A DNA stretch of 42,329 nucleotides from Candidatus Sulfobium sp. (GTDB lineage Bacteria > Nitrospirota > Thermodesulfovibrionia > Thermodesulfovibrionales > UBA6898), in NCBI GenBank assembly GCA_037380845.1, contig JARRRI010000029.1:6689-49017 (forward strand), in the 5' to 3' direction. The translations under genes and the position numbers were made by a program. The notes beneath the pieces are model-generated. The model made no database searches. It saw only the letters and a list, made by a program, of their open reading frames with translations, and was not told where the DNA came from. The stretch's first letter is position 1; each line of letters starts with the position of its first letter. Below, in pieces: positions 29,246-39,319 of the stretch.

Positions 29246-31948
29246 ATGATCAATCTGAAGATAGACGGAAAAGACGTATCAGTCCCGAAAGGGACTACGG
29301 TCCTGGACGCGGCGAGGTCCGCGGGCATCCCCGTACCCACCCTCTGCCACCATCCGAAACTTGCGCCTTACGGAGGCTGCAGGCTGTGTATCGTGGAGAT
29401 AAAGGGCATTAACAGGCCTGTTACCTCCTGTACCACACCCGCCGATGAAGGGATGGAGGTCCTCACTACTTCCCCGATAATAGAAAGGTTGCGGAAGACC
29501 GTGCTTGAGCTCATACTTTCCGACCACCCCAACGATTGCATGATCTGCGAGAAGGCCGGTGACTGCACCCTGCAGGAACTCGCGTATTTTTACGGTATAC
29601 GTGAAAACCGCCTGGCCGGCGAAAGGCGCGAGTACACACAGAAAGATGACAACCCGTTCATCGAAAGGAACATGGAAAAATGCATCCTCTGCGGCAAGTG
29701 CGTCCGCGTCTGCAGCGAGGTACAGGGCGTAGGTGCAATAGACATCGCTTACAGGGGCTTCAATGCCAAGATAGCGCCTGCGTTCGAAAAAGACCTGAAC
29801 TGCGAATTCTGCGGCCAGTGCGTCTCCGTATGTCCGACGGGAGCACTGACGGGCAAATCCTGGTCGCAGCAGGGCCGGCAGAAAGACATAAAGGAGATAG
29901 ATACCGTATGCCCCTATTGCGGCTGCGGCTGCAACCTCACCCTTCACGTCAGGCGCAACGAGGTGATACGCGTGTCTTCACGGGAGGATACGATCAACGA
30001 AGGGTGGCTTTGTCCTAAAGGCCGCTTCGGTTACAACTTCATAAAGAGCCCTGAAAGGCTGAAGACCCCCCTCATCAGGGAACAGGGCAAATTCAGGGAG
30101 GCGTCGTGGGACGAGGCATTTGACCTGGTAGAGGCGAAGCTCGGGAAGATAAAGGATAAATATGGGGCGGATGCGATAGGCGGGCTATCCTCTGCGCGCT
30201 GCACTAACGAGGAGAACTACCTCTTCCAGAAATTCATGAGGGCCGCAATAGGCACCAACAACGTCGACCACTGCGCGAGGTATTGACACAGCGCTACCGT
30301 GGCCGGTCTGGCCACCGTATTCGGGTCAGGGGCGATGACGAACTCCATCCCGGAGGTCGAAAACAACGACGTGATCTTCATAATCGGATCGAACACGACC
30401 GAGACCCACCCCATAATCGCCCTGCGGATGAAGAAGGCATTCCGGAAGGGGGCGAAGATAATCGTCGCCGACCCGAGGAAGATCGACCTTGTCAGGTTTT
30501 CGACACTCTGGATGCAGCAGAAACCCGGGACCGATATAGCCCTTCTCAACGGGATCATGCATGTCCTCCTGAAAGAGCGCATGACAGACAAGGATTTCAT
30601 CGGGAAGTGGACGGAGGGCTTCGATTCCTTCAGGAAGAGCCTTAAGGATTTTACACCCGAGAAAGCGGAAAAGATTACGGGTGTTCCAAAAAAACAGATT
30701 ATTGAGGCCGCACGCCTTTACGGCAAGGCCGAAAGACCTGCCGTCTATTACACGATGGGCATAACGCAGCATTCCCACGGCACGCAAAATGTTTTCTCGG
30801 TAGCCAATCTGGCACTGATGACGGGGAATCTCGGAAAGGAAAGCACGGGAGTGAATCCCCTGCGGGGACAGAACAACGTACAGGGCGCAACCGACATGGC
30901 CTGCATACCCAACCAGTACCCCGGTTACCAGCGGGTCGATATCCCGGCGATAAAAGAGAAGTTCCAGAACGCTTGGGGAGTCGGACTTTCTGCCAAACCG
31001 GGGCTCACGGCAACGGAGATGACCGAGGCAGCCATGGAGAAAAAGATCAGGGCCTTGTACATCATGGGTGAAAACCCCGTGGTCAGCGATCCGGACGTCA
31101 ACCATACGAAAAAGGCATTGGGAAAACTGGATTTCCTCGTCGTACAGGACATCTTCATGACCGAGACGGCGGAACTGGCCGACGTCGTGCTGCCCGCCGC
31201 GTGTTTTGCTGAAAAGGACGGCACTTTCACAAATACAGAGAGGAGGGTTCAAAGAGTGCGGAAGGCTGTCTCTCCCCCGGGCGGCGCCAGGGAAGACTCT
31301 TCGATAATCCTCGAACTTTCGCGGCGCATGGGCTATGAAATGAAATATAATTTCATAGAGGAAGTGTTCCAGGAGATAGGCCAGGTGTGGCCGGCAGTCG
31401 CCGGAATCACTTATGGAAGGATAGAATCGTGGGGGCTTCAGTGGCCCTGCCCTACCCTCGACCATCCCGGTACGCCCTATCTCTTCAAAGGGGGCTTCCC
31501 GCGGGGGAAGGCGGCGTTTACGGCGGTCCGTCACACCCCTTCAAAGGAGCTGCCGGACAAGGATTACCCCTTCGTTCTCACAACCGGCAGACAGCTTTTC
31601 CAGTACCATACCGGATCAATGACCAGAAAAGTCCCGGAATTGAACGTGGTCGCCCCCGAGGCATACGTGGAAATCAGTCCCGCCGACGCCGCCAGACTTA
31701 AACTGACCGACGGGGAGATGGTAAAAATATCTTCCCGCAGGGGGAGCATTCGAGTCAAAGCATCGGTATCGGACCGGCCCTCCGACGGCGTGGTCTTTAT
31801 TCCCTTTCATTACAGGGAAGCTGCCGCCAATATGCTCACGAATACCGAGCTTGACCCTTTATGCAAGATACCAGAGCTGAAGGTCTGTGCAGTCCGGATA
31901 GAACGGATTGAAGAGAAGAGAGCGGCGAAAAGCCGGATTTCATCTTAA
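29246..31948 (+). CDS. fdhA: Formate dehydrogenase alpha subunit, selenocysteine-containing (900 aa, Sec347)
   Basis: ORFs 29246-30286 and 30299-31948 are in frame, separated only by TGA at 30284-30286 in DHCARY-U-HSATVAGL; NuoG-like Fe-S N-terminus, CPYCGCGC, RGQNNVQG, molybdopterin C-terminus. Confidence 0.95.
30284..30316 (+). promoter_or_regulatory. Sec UGA codon and bacterial SECIS element
   Basis: TGA, 12 nt, then hairpin GTGGCC-GGTCT-GGCCAC (30299-30315); same position and GGUCU apex as the E. coli fdhF SECIS. Confidence 0.88.
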
Positions 31949-31963
31949 CCAAGGAGGGCGATA

Positions 31964-32413
31964 ATGGACAAAACGCTGAAGCAGCAGTTTCTGCTTGAAG
32001 ACCTGAATAACCAGGAACTCGCCGAAATATCGAAAATCATCCGGAAGCTCCGTTTTAAGAAGGGTGAACAGATCTTCAGGGAAAAAGAAGCAACCAAGGG
32101 CCTCTACCTGATCAACTCGGGCAAGGTGGAAATCGCAAAGGTCACGCCTGACGGATGGAAACAGACTCTGGCCGTTTTTACAAAGGGCCATTTCTTCGGG
32201 GAACTCTCCATACTGGAGAAAAGAAAGCACGAGGCGTTCGCGACTGCCGTTGAAAATACGGAGATCCTTTTCATAGGCAAGAAGGACTTTGAAAAGATGG
32301 AAAAGGAGGTCTCTTCCATCGCCTTCAAGATCATGAAAAAGATCGCCCTTGTCATGTGCAAGAACCTCAGGCGCATGAACGATAAGTTCATGAATGCGCT
32401 GATAAGCTACTAG
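31964..32413 (+). CDS. Stand-alone cyclic nucleotide-binding domain protein (no HTH)
   Basis: KGEQIFRE, LYLINSGKV, FFGELS; 149 aa; SD AGGAGG. Confidence 0.85.
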   Translation: MDKTLKQQFLLEDLNNQELAEISKIIRKLRFKKGEQIFREKEATKGLYLINSGKVEIAKVTPDGWKQTLAVFTKGHFFGELSILEKRKHEAFATAVENTEILFIGKKDFEKMEKEVSSIAFKIMKKIALVMCKNLRRMNDKFMNALISY

Positions 32414-32473
32414 CTGCGTACGGACCGGGCAGCAGTTCCCCGCCGTAATTACAAATAAACAGGAGGACTATGA

Positions 32474-34237
32474 ATGGCACTTGATCCAACCAAGCATGCA
32501 GACTGGGAAATTGCGGAGGAAGCAGAATCTCGGATGAAGACGGTATATCAGCTCGGCGATGAACTCGGGCTTGAAAAAGAGGAACTCCTGCCACACGGAC
32601 ATTATGTGGCGAAACTCGATTTCAACAAGATACTGAAGCGTCTCGACGGCAAAGGCGACGGCAAATACATCGACGTGACAGCCATCACGCCCACACCGCT
32701 GGGAGAGGGGAAATCGACCACGACAATGGGCCTTACCCAGGGCCTGGGAAAGAGGGGAAAGAAGGTCATAGCAGCCATAAGGCAGCCCTCGGGCGGCCCC
32801 ACCATGAATATCAAGGGTTCGGCGGCGGGGGGCGGCCTTTCCCAGTGTATTCCCCTGACACCTTTTTCTCTTGGTCTTACAGGCGATATCAACGCTATAA
32901 TGAACGCCCATAACCTCGCCATGGTGGCCCTCACCTCCCGCATGCAGCATGAGTTCAACTATAATGACGAGCAGCTTGGCAAGCGGAACCTGAAGAGGCT
33001 TAACATCGACCCCCGCAACGTCGAGATGAAATGGATCCTCGATTTCTGCGCCCAGGCACTGAGAGAGATCATCATCGGCCTGGGCGGCAAGAGCGACGGC
33101 TTTATGATGAGTTCGGGTTTTGCCATCGCGGTCTCATCCGAGGTCATGGCGATACTCGCCGTAGCAAAGGATCTCAAGGACATGAGGGAGAGGATGGGCA
33201 GAATTGTCGTTGCTTACGACAAGAGCGGGAACCCGGTTACGACCGAGGACCTCGAGGTAGCGGGGGCCATGACGGCGTGGATGGTAGAGGCGCTTAACCC
33301 CAATCTCATGCAGTCCCTGGAAGGCCAGCCCGTGCTGGTCCACGCGGGACCGTTCGCCAACATTGCCATCGGTCAGTCTTCCATAATCGCCGACCGGGTA
33401 GGCCTCAAGCTCGCTGATTATCACATCACGGAGTCCGGGTTCGGCGCCGACATAGGCTTCGAGAAATTCTGGAACCTCAAATGCAGGTTCTCCGGGTTGA
33501 AGCCGCATGCAGCCGTTATCGTCGCCACAATAAGGGCGCTCAAGTGCCACGGGGGCGCACCCATCCCCATACCCGGCAAGCCCATTCCGAAGGAGTATAG
33601 CGGGGAAAATGTCGAGTGGGTCGAAAAGGGCTGCGAAAACCTTGTCCATCATATAAACACGATCAAAAAGGCCGGCATCAACCCGGTCGTCTGTATCAAT
33701 GCTTTCTACACGGATACGGACAACGAGATCAAGGCGGTCAGAAGGATCGCGGAGTCGGCAGGAGCAAGGGTCGCCCTTTCCAGGCACTGGCAGTACGGAG
33801 GCGAAGGCGCGCTGGAACTTGCCGATGCGGTCGTCGACGCCTGCAACGAGCCCAACGATTTCAAATTCCTCTATGACCTTAACGTGTCCCTGAGACACCG
33901 TATCGAGATGATCGCCGAGGACGTCTACGGAGCTGAAGGGGTGGAATTTTCCCCGGAGGCCCTTGCAAAGGCGAAGCGGATGGAGGCGGACCCGGAGATA
34001 TCCAAGCTGGGAATGTGCATGGTCAAGACCCACCTCAGTCTTACGGACAACCCCAGCCTTAAAGGGGTTCCCAAAGGCTGGAAGCTCTTCGTCAGAGATA
34101 TCCTTACTTATAAGGGAGCCGGGTTCGTGGTCCCCGTGGCAGGAGCCATCAAACTCATGCCGGGAACCGCCTCGAACCCCGCTTACAGGAGGGTCGACGT
34201 CGATACCGGGACAGGCAAAGTGAAAGGTCTGTTCTAG
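32474..34237 (+). CDS. fhs: Formate--tetrahydrofolate ligase
   Basis: [39 protein letters not shown]...GLF. Confidence 0.97.
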   Translation: MALDPTKHADWEIAEEAESRMKTVYQLGDELGLEKEELLPHGHYVAKLDFNKILKRLDGKGDGKYIDVTAITPTPLGEGKSTTTMGLTQGLGKRGKKVIAAIRQPSGGPTMNIKGSAAGGGLSQCIPLTPFSLGLTGDINAIMNAHNLAMVALTSRMQHEFNYNDEQLGKRNLKRLNIDPRNVEMKWILDFCAQALREIIIGLGGKSDGFMMSSGFAIAVSSEVMAILAVAKDLKDMRERMGRIVVAYDKSGNPVTTEDLEVAGAMTAWMVEALNPNLMQSLEGQPVLVHAGPFANIAIGQSSIIADRVGLKLADYHITESGFGADIGFEKFWNLKCRFSGLKPHAAVIVATIRALKCHGGAPIPIPGKPIPKEYSGENVEWVEKGCENLVHHINTIKKAGINPVVCINAFYTDTDNEIKAVRRIAESAGARVALSRHWQYGGEGALELADAVVDACNEPNDFKFLYDLNVSLRHRIEMIAEDVYGAEGVEFSPEALAKAKRMEADPEISKLGMCMVKTHLSLTDNPSLKGVPKGWKLFVRDILTYKGAGFVVPVAGAIKLMPGTASNPAYRRVDVDTGTGKVKGLF

Positions 34238-34261
34238 GACACTCCGGAGACATGTGTTTCG

Positions 34262-34290
34262 AGGGCAGGGGCAACCCTGCCCTTTTTATT
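34262..34290 (+). terminator. Rho-independent terminator of the fdh-fhs operon
   Basis: AGGGCAGGG-GCAA-CCCTGCCCT followed by TTTTATT. Confidence 0.85.
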
Positions 34291-34316
34291 TCGCATATGT
34301 CGTGCTAGAATTAGTC

Positions 34317-35237
34317 ATGAAAAAGGTAGGCTTTGTTTACGACGATGTCTTTCTTACCCATGAATTGCCTGCCGGCCATCCCGAATCGAAAGACCGCCTC
34401 ATCGCCATAACCGACTCTATCAAAAAAGCCGGTTTGTGGGAGAAACTGGTTCATCTGAAGCCCAGAAAGGCTGAAAAATCAGACGTGCTCAGGGTCCATA
34501 CGACCTCTTATTATGAGAAGATGAGCAGGTTTACCGGATACTTTGACGCCGATACTTATGTCTCGGACCATTCCATGGAGGCGGCCCTCTTCGCAGTCGG
34601 TGCGGTCCTTGACGCCGTGGACGGCTGCGCGAACGGCGGTATACGCGGGGCGTTCTGTGCCGTGAGGCCGCCGGGTCATCATGCCGAACCGAACAGGGCG
34701 ATGGGCTTCTGCATTTTTAATAATGTTGCGGCCGGCGCCAGGTATGCCCAGAAGAACGGCTACGAAAGGGTCTTCATAGTTGATTTTGACGTTCACCATG
34801 GAAACGGCACGCAGCACATCTTCGAGGAGGACGACACCGTTTTTTATTTCAGCACGCACCAGTATCCCCACTATCCCGGGACCGGCAGCAGTTTTGAAAA
34901 AGGTCGCAACAGGGGAACGGGTTTTACCTGCAACATTCCGATGCATGCCGGTGCGGGGGACAAGGATTACCAGAAGGCATACGGCGAGGTCCTGCCCGGA
35001 CTGGTAAGAGATTTCTCCGCCGACATCGTTCTCGTCTCGGCGGGTTATGACCTTCATTCCAAAGACCCCCTGGCAGGTATTATGGTCTCCAACGAGGGGA
35101 TCAGAAACATGGTCAGAGCGATCCTGCTCGCCGCCGGGGACAAGCCCTGTATCTTCTGTCTCGAAGGCGGATACAATCTCGTCTCACTGGCAGAGTCCGT
35201 AAGAATCACGCTCGAAGAAATGATGAAATCCGAATAG
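34317..35237 (+). CDS. Histone deacetylase family protein
   Basis: HPE, RPPGHHA, GFCIFNN, DFDVHHGNGT, SAGYD, LEGGY; start at MKKVGF. Confidence 0.93.
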   Translation: MKKVGFVYDDVFLTHELPAGHPESKDRLIAITDSIKKAGLWEKLVHLKPRKAEKSDVLRVHTTSYYEKMSRFTGYFDADTYVSDHSMEAALFAVGAVLDAVDGCANGGIRGAFCAVRPPGHHAEPNRAMGFCIFNNVAAGARYAQKNGYERVFIVDFDVHHGNGTQHIFEEDDTVFYFSTHQYPHYPGTGSSFEKGRNRGTGFTCNIPMHAGAGDKDYQKAYGEVLPGLVRDFSADIVLVSAGYDLHSKDPLAGIMVSNEGIRNMVRAILLAAGDKPCIFCLEGGYNLVSLAESVRITLEEMMKSE

Positions 35238-35241
35238 CCCC

Positions 35242-35290
35242 CCTCTTACCTCTTACCTCTTGCCTCTTGCCTCTTGCCTATTACCTATTG
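35242..35290. repeat. Heptamer tandem repeat (CCTMTTR)x7
   Basis: CCTCTTA x2, CCTCTTG x3, CCTATTA, CCTATTG. Confidence 0.88.
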
Positions 35291-35623
35291 CCTTCTTCTC
35301 CTTAAACGCCTTCACTTCATCCTTCACTTTTTTATAAGCAAAAGGGAACAGGAGTGCAACCAACTGGGTGGAGAGGAACTCCACCATTCCCATTTCCTGC
35401 CCGATATGTCGCTTCAGGACGACCAGTGAATGCCTGCTGAAGGAGGTCGAACCTATCCACAGGAAGCCACACAGCAGCGCAATATAAAGGATCTCCACTG
35501 AGGCCTCCGGCACAAGCGCCAGTGCGGCCAGGAGACAAACGGAAACTACAAAAAATATACAGCCGCTATTCCCCAAAAGCGGTAATGAGAAAGCAACCTT
35601 TCAACGGTAGTATCTTCGTTCAT
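35253..35623 (-). pseudogene. Small membrane protein, frameshifted at a 6-bp homopolymer
   Basis: ATG at 35623 with AGGTGA SD gives MNEDTTVERLLSHYRFWGIAAVYFL*; one extra T in the run at 35550-35555 joins it to FVVSVCLL... Confidence 0.55.
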
Positions 35624-35793
35624 AAGATCTCACCTATCCCATAATAGTATAAGTCGCCCCATACGGCAAAGTGAAAGCCGCAGTGGGCCGAAGAATCTTC
35701 CCTTCGCAAGCTGGTGTCAGACAGACACACTACGGACAACCACGCGGGGATTGCCCCCTACAGGGATGCCATTGCATTGTTTTATAATATTCC

Positions 35794-36408
35794 ATGGATG
35801 ATTTAATCGATGCCATGAAAGGCCCTGCGATCATTGAAAAGAAGAAGCGATTATATGAGATATACGGACGTTTCGAAGAAGATGCCTCCGAATACAAACG
35901 GGACGCGGTCTGCCGGAAAGGCTGCTCTTTCTGCTGCACCTTCATGGGAAATGTGGACATAACCACGCTGGAGGCAGTCATAATCCGCGAAAGACTGGCC
36001 CTGTTTTCCCCTCATGAACAATCCATGCTGTCCTCAAAAATTAAAGCGAACAGGATGGAGAGGAAAAAGGGTAGAAAATCACCATGCCCTTTTCTGGATG
36101 AACAAGGTCTCTGCGGAATTTACGATGTACGTCCTTTCAGCTGCAGGCAGCTATATTCGCTGAGAAAATGCGAAGACACCGGAGCCACCATCCACCGCCG
36201 GGCGTATGAATTGTCACGGAAGGCGATCCTGAGCGTTCAGCAGTTGGACCATACCGGCTATTCCGGGAACCTGAGTTTCATTCTGCACCTTCTCGATGAT
36301 ACCGGATTCAGAGAATTTTATCTGTCAGGAGGATTCGATCCCGGAAGAATTCGCGACTTTGGCAGGAGTCATGGAATCGTAATAAACCGCCGGATTCAAG
36401 GCACATGA
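35794..36408 (+). CDS. YkgJ family (CxxCxxCC) cysteine cluster protein
   Basis: CRKGCSFCC, CPFL...CGIYDVRPFSCR. Confidence 0.87.
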   Translation: MDDLIDAMKGPAIIEKKKRLYEIYGRFEEDASEYKRDAVCRKGCSFCCTFMGNVDITTLEAVIIRERLALFSPHEQSMLSSKIKANRMERKKGRKSPCPFLDEQGLCGIYDVRPFSCRQLYSLRKCEDTGATIHRRAYELSRKAILSVQQLDHTGYSGNLSFILHLLDDTGFREFYLSGGFDPGRIRDFGRSHGIVINRRIQGT

Positions 36409-36531
36409 CGTGTGACCGTGTCGGCTATCAGTGTCAGTTTTGAGGGGTGCTTTATGCCGGCCGGCACTAATCACGGCACAGACGACGCGTTCTCCCTATA
36501 TGCTGTCCGCCCCCTTTGTTGAGCCTACCAG

Positions 36532-36705
36532 TCAGCCGGAACTGCTGTTGTTGCCGGGGTCGAAGACATATCCGCAGGCACACCGCAATCGGCCGTCTCC
36601 CAGGCGTTCAAAAGGGGAATCAGACAGCCCCGTCTTATACCCCTCATCGTCCCTCTTGCAGGACGGACATACAGTTATGTTATCCGGGAAATGACCTGAA
36701 CACAT
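36532..36705 (-). CDS. 57-aa zinc-ribbon-like small protein (not in ORF track)
   Basis: MCSGHFPDNITVCPSCKRDDEGYKTGLSDSPFERLGDGRLRCACGYVFDPGNNSSSG; AGAGG SD overlapping the upstream stop. Confidence 0.6.
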   Translation of the reverse strand: MCSGHFPDNITVCPSCKRDDEGYKTGLSDSPFERLGDGRLRCACGYVFDPGNNSSSG

Positions 36706-36711
36706 AAGCCT

Positions 36712-37017
36712 CTATTTTTTAGCCGGTTTCGCTGCAGAAGTTCTCCTCTTCGCCGGTCGGGCAGTCCCTGTGGTTTTCTTCCCGGCAACCTTTTTCGTGG
36801 CCTTCTTCGCAGTCGGGGCGGTCTTTGCAGTCTTCTTCGCCGTGACCTTCTTAGACCTTCCCGCCGTCGTCTTCTTACCGCCCGCAGCCTGTGGAATCGA
36901 AGATACCTCGGTAACCTCAAGTCCGCAACAATAGATCGGCCGGAGCGATGTGCCCCCCGTTTCCGTCACCACCACCTCGGTGCCGCATTCTTCACACTCA
37001 TAGGTCACTATTCTCAT
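36712..37017 (-). CDS. Desulforedoxin-like metal site fused to histone H1-like Lys/Ala tail (101 aa)
   Basis: YECEECG-x17-CCG followed by AKK/TAKK-type repeats; AGGAGG SD before ATG 37017. Confidence 0.75.
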   Translation of the reverse strand: MRIVTYECEECGTEVVVTETGGTSLRPIYCCGLEVTEVSSIPQAAGGKKTTAGRSKKVTAKKTAKTAPTAKKATKKVAGKKTTGTARPAKRRTSAAKPAKK

Positions 37018-37159
37018 ACCCCAACCTCCTTTAGCATTATATTTTAAGTATACCAGCCGGTTTGAAAAATTCAACCTTCGATAACAGACAGAGGGTCGAA
37101 CAGAAACGACACCCGGCTTCTTTATAAGCTTGCCGTTCTTTTGTTATTCTATATTTCTC

Positions 37160-38155
37160 GTGCTTACAATCGGAACTATCTCACTGGCCTCTAAATGCAT
37201 CCTCGCTCCCATGGCGGGTATAAGCGATCTGCCCTTTCGCACGATAACCCGGTCCTTCGGATGCGAGTTCGCCTTCGCTGAGATGATCAGTGCACGGTCG
37301 CTCGTCTACAGCAGCAGGAAGACGCTGAGAATGATAACCACCTCCGACCGGGACATGCCCCTTGGAATACAGCTGCTCGGAAATGATTCCCGGACCATAG
37401 CGGCTGCAATGCAGTCTCTTGAAAATCATAATTTCAACATCCTCGATTTCAACGCCGCCTGTCCCGTCCTCAAAGTTACATCGAGGGGAGAAGGAGCGGC
37501 CCTGCTCAGAGAACCCCGCAAACTCCGGGGACTCCTCAGCATCATGGTAGGCCTTTCAAGGGTCCCGGTAACCCTGAAAATGCGCGCCGGCTGGGACGAA
37601 AACTCTCTTAATGCCAGGGAAGCGGCGCTTCACGCGCAGGACGCGGGAATAGCCGCCGTGACGATTCACGGCCGTACACGGTCTCAGGGATACGGCGGGG
37701 CCGTGAATTACGGCATCATACGCGAGGTAAAAGAGGCGCTATCTATTCCGGTCATCGGGAGTGGAGACGCCCTCACCCCGCAATCGGTCAAGAGGATGTT
37801 CGACGAAACGGGCTGCGATGGCGTATCCATAGCGAGGGGCGCGCTCGGCAACCCGTGGATCTTCAGGCAGACTGCGGAATTTCTCGAACACGGTACCGCA
37901 CCGCGGAGCCCCGGAACAGAAGAACTGACAGAAACAATGATATTACACCTGCGCCTCCTGCGGAACTTTTATGGAGAAAGGCTCGCTAACATGATCTTCC
38001 GCAAGTTCTTTCTCTGGTATACCAGGGGCATTCCCGATGTAAAACCTCTGAGGCTGAGGGCCGTCCGTTCGGAGACAACGTCCGAAACCGAGGTCATTAT
38101 ACGTGATCTCCTTTATCTCCACCCTCTGCCCAAACAAGGGACGGCTTACGTGTAG
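37160..38155 (+). CDS. dusB: tRNA-dihydrouridine synthase
   Basis: LAPMAG.SD.PFR, DFNAACP, HGRT, ARGALGNPWIF. Confidence 0.92.
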   Translation: MLTIGTISLASKCILAPMAGISDLPFRTITRSFGCEFAFAEMISARSLVYSSRKTLRMITTSDRDMPLGIQLLGNDSRTIAAAMQSLENHNFNILDFNAACPVLKVTSRGEGAALLREPRKLRGLLSIMVGLSRVPVTLKMRAGWDENSLNAREAALHAQDAGIAAVTIHGRTRSQGYGGAVNYGIIREVKEALSIPVIGSGDALTPQSVKRMFDETGCDGVSIARGALGNPWIFRQTAEFLEHGTAPRSPGTEELTETMILHLRLLRNFYGERLANMIFRKFFLWYTRGIPDVKPLRLRAVRSETTSETEVIIRDLLYLHPLPKQGTAYV

Positions 38156-38182
38156 AGGATTTATGCCGCACTACAATAGAAT

Positions 38183-38476
38183 ATGGATTACCGACTGTTC
38201 TTTATCAGACTGAAGGCAGGATTGTCCGCGGCCGCGGCTGTCATCCTTATCCAGGACCGGAAAGCCGTCCTGTTAAAGGGCAGGGCTCCGGCCTCGATAC
38301 TGGCCGCGTTCAGCGATATCGCCGAAGCGTACGCCATAAACAGTGCCGTGATCGCTGTCCGTAAATCGGGCCGCTCCACGGTGCTTCGCTTCTCCGGACC
38401 GGTCCCTGACGGAGCCCGACAACGTTTCAGGAATGTCTGGTTTTCTTCTCCTGAGCGGAAGATAATGGGAGTATGA
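38183..38476 (+). CDS. DUF3634-like small protein
   Basis: 97 aa; C-terminal LRFSGPVP...QRFRNVW resembles DUF3634. Confidence 0.55.
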   Translation: MDYRLFFIRLKAGLSAAAAVILIQDRKAVLLKGRAPASILAAFSDIAEAYAINSAVIAVRKSGRSTVLRFSGPVPDGARQRFRNVWFSSPERKIMGV

Positions 38477-39249
38477 TGGCTGGAGGCTCGATAAAATCCG
38501 GCCGGGCGCTCAAATCGGTTGTCAAATGGCCGGCCCTGCCCGTCCGTGACTTTTTTGCCGCGCTCGAAGCCTGTCTCGTGGACCGCAGGCCTCTTTGCGT
38601 CTTTGCGATACTGTTTTCGGCTGTTCTGTCGTGGTGGGTTTATGTCCCTCTTCATGAACTGTTGCATGCCCTGGGATGTGTCATGGCGGGCGGACGGGTC
38701 GAGCGGCTTGAAATCTCCGGAATTTACGGGGCTTCGCTCTTGAAGAAGGCTTTCCCTTTCATCGCTGTCGGCTCGGATTACTCGGGTCGGCTGACGGGCT
38801 TTGACACCGGAGGAAGCGATGTCACTTTTTTTGTAACGGATTTTATGCCGTACGTTCTTACCATCTTCTTCGGTGTCCCGTTAATTAAGTCGATACCTTC
38901 TCTCAAATCGTCTTCCCTGTTTAAAAGTATCTGTTTCGGGATTGCCGGGCCTTTTGCCTACGCGCCCTTCATGTCTGTTTTTGGCGACTATTATGAAATG
39001 GGGTCCATCCTCGTTTCGAGGCCTGCCTCCTCCGGTCTGACCGCCGTGAACGCCGACAGATGGCGGAGCGATGATCTCTTCAGACTTGTAGACAAACTTT
39101 CTGCCTCTCAGACAGTCCCGCGTGCATTTGACGCCGCAGTGGTCATCTCTTCGCTCCTTGTCGGTGTAATACTGTTGCTTGCCACTTATTGGGGCGGAGC
39201 ACTCTTTAGCCGAGCGCTTGCCGGTCGGAAAAAAGGCAGCCCCTCATAG
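38473..39249 (+). CDS. Membrane protein with HExxH motif (putative zinc metalloprotease)
   Basis: Several TM segments; VPLHELLHALG. Confidence 0.6.
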   Translation: MMAGGSIKSGRALKSVVKWPALPVRDFFAALEACLVDRRPLCVFAILFSAVLSWWVYVPLHELLHALGCVMAGGRVERLEISGIYGASLLKKAFPFIAVGSDYSGRLTGFDTGGSDVTFFVTDFMPYVLTIFFGVPLIKSIPSLKSSSLFKSICFGIAGPFAYAPFMSVFGDYYEMGSILVSRPASSGLTAVNADRWRSDDLFRLVDKLSASQTVPRAFDAAVVISSLLVGVILLLATYWGGALFSRALAGRKKGSPS

Positions 39250-39319
39250 ACTTCACCGCCAAAAAAAGCGACCTGAAGAGGCTTCCGGGAGTTAGGAATC
39301 TGCCGGTTGCTCAATCCGG

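Noticed and set aside
30284..30286. fdhA as a nonsense pseudogene or two-gene split
   Set aside because: The TGA is at the catalytic Cys/Sec position and is followed by a SECIS.
35660..35760. c-di-GMP-I riboswitch (GGCAAA...GAAA)
   Set aside because: Lacks the paired P2 stem and the GACGCAAAGC core.
36532..36534. Sec readthrough of the microprotein TGA
   Set aside because: No SECIS-like hairpin and not in a redox motif.
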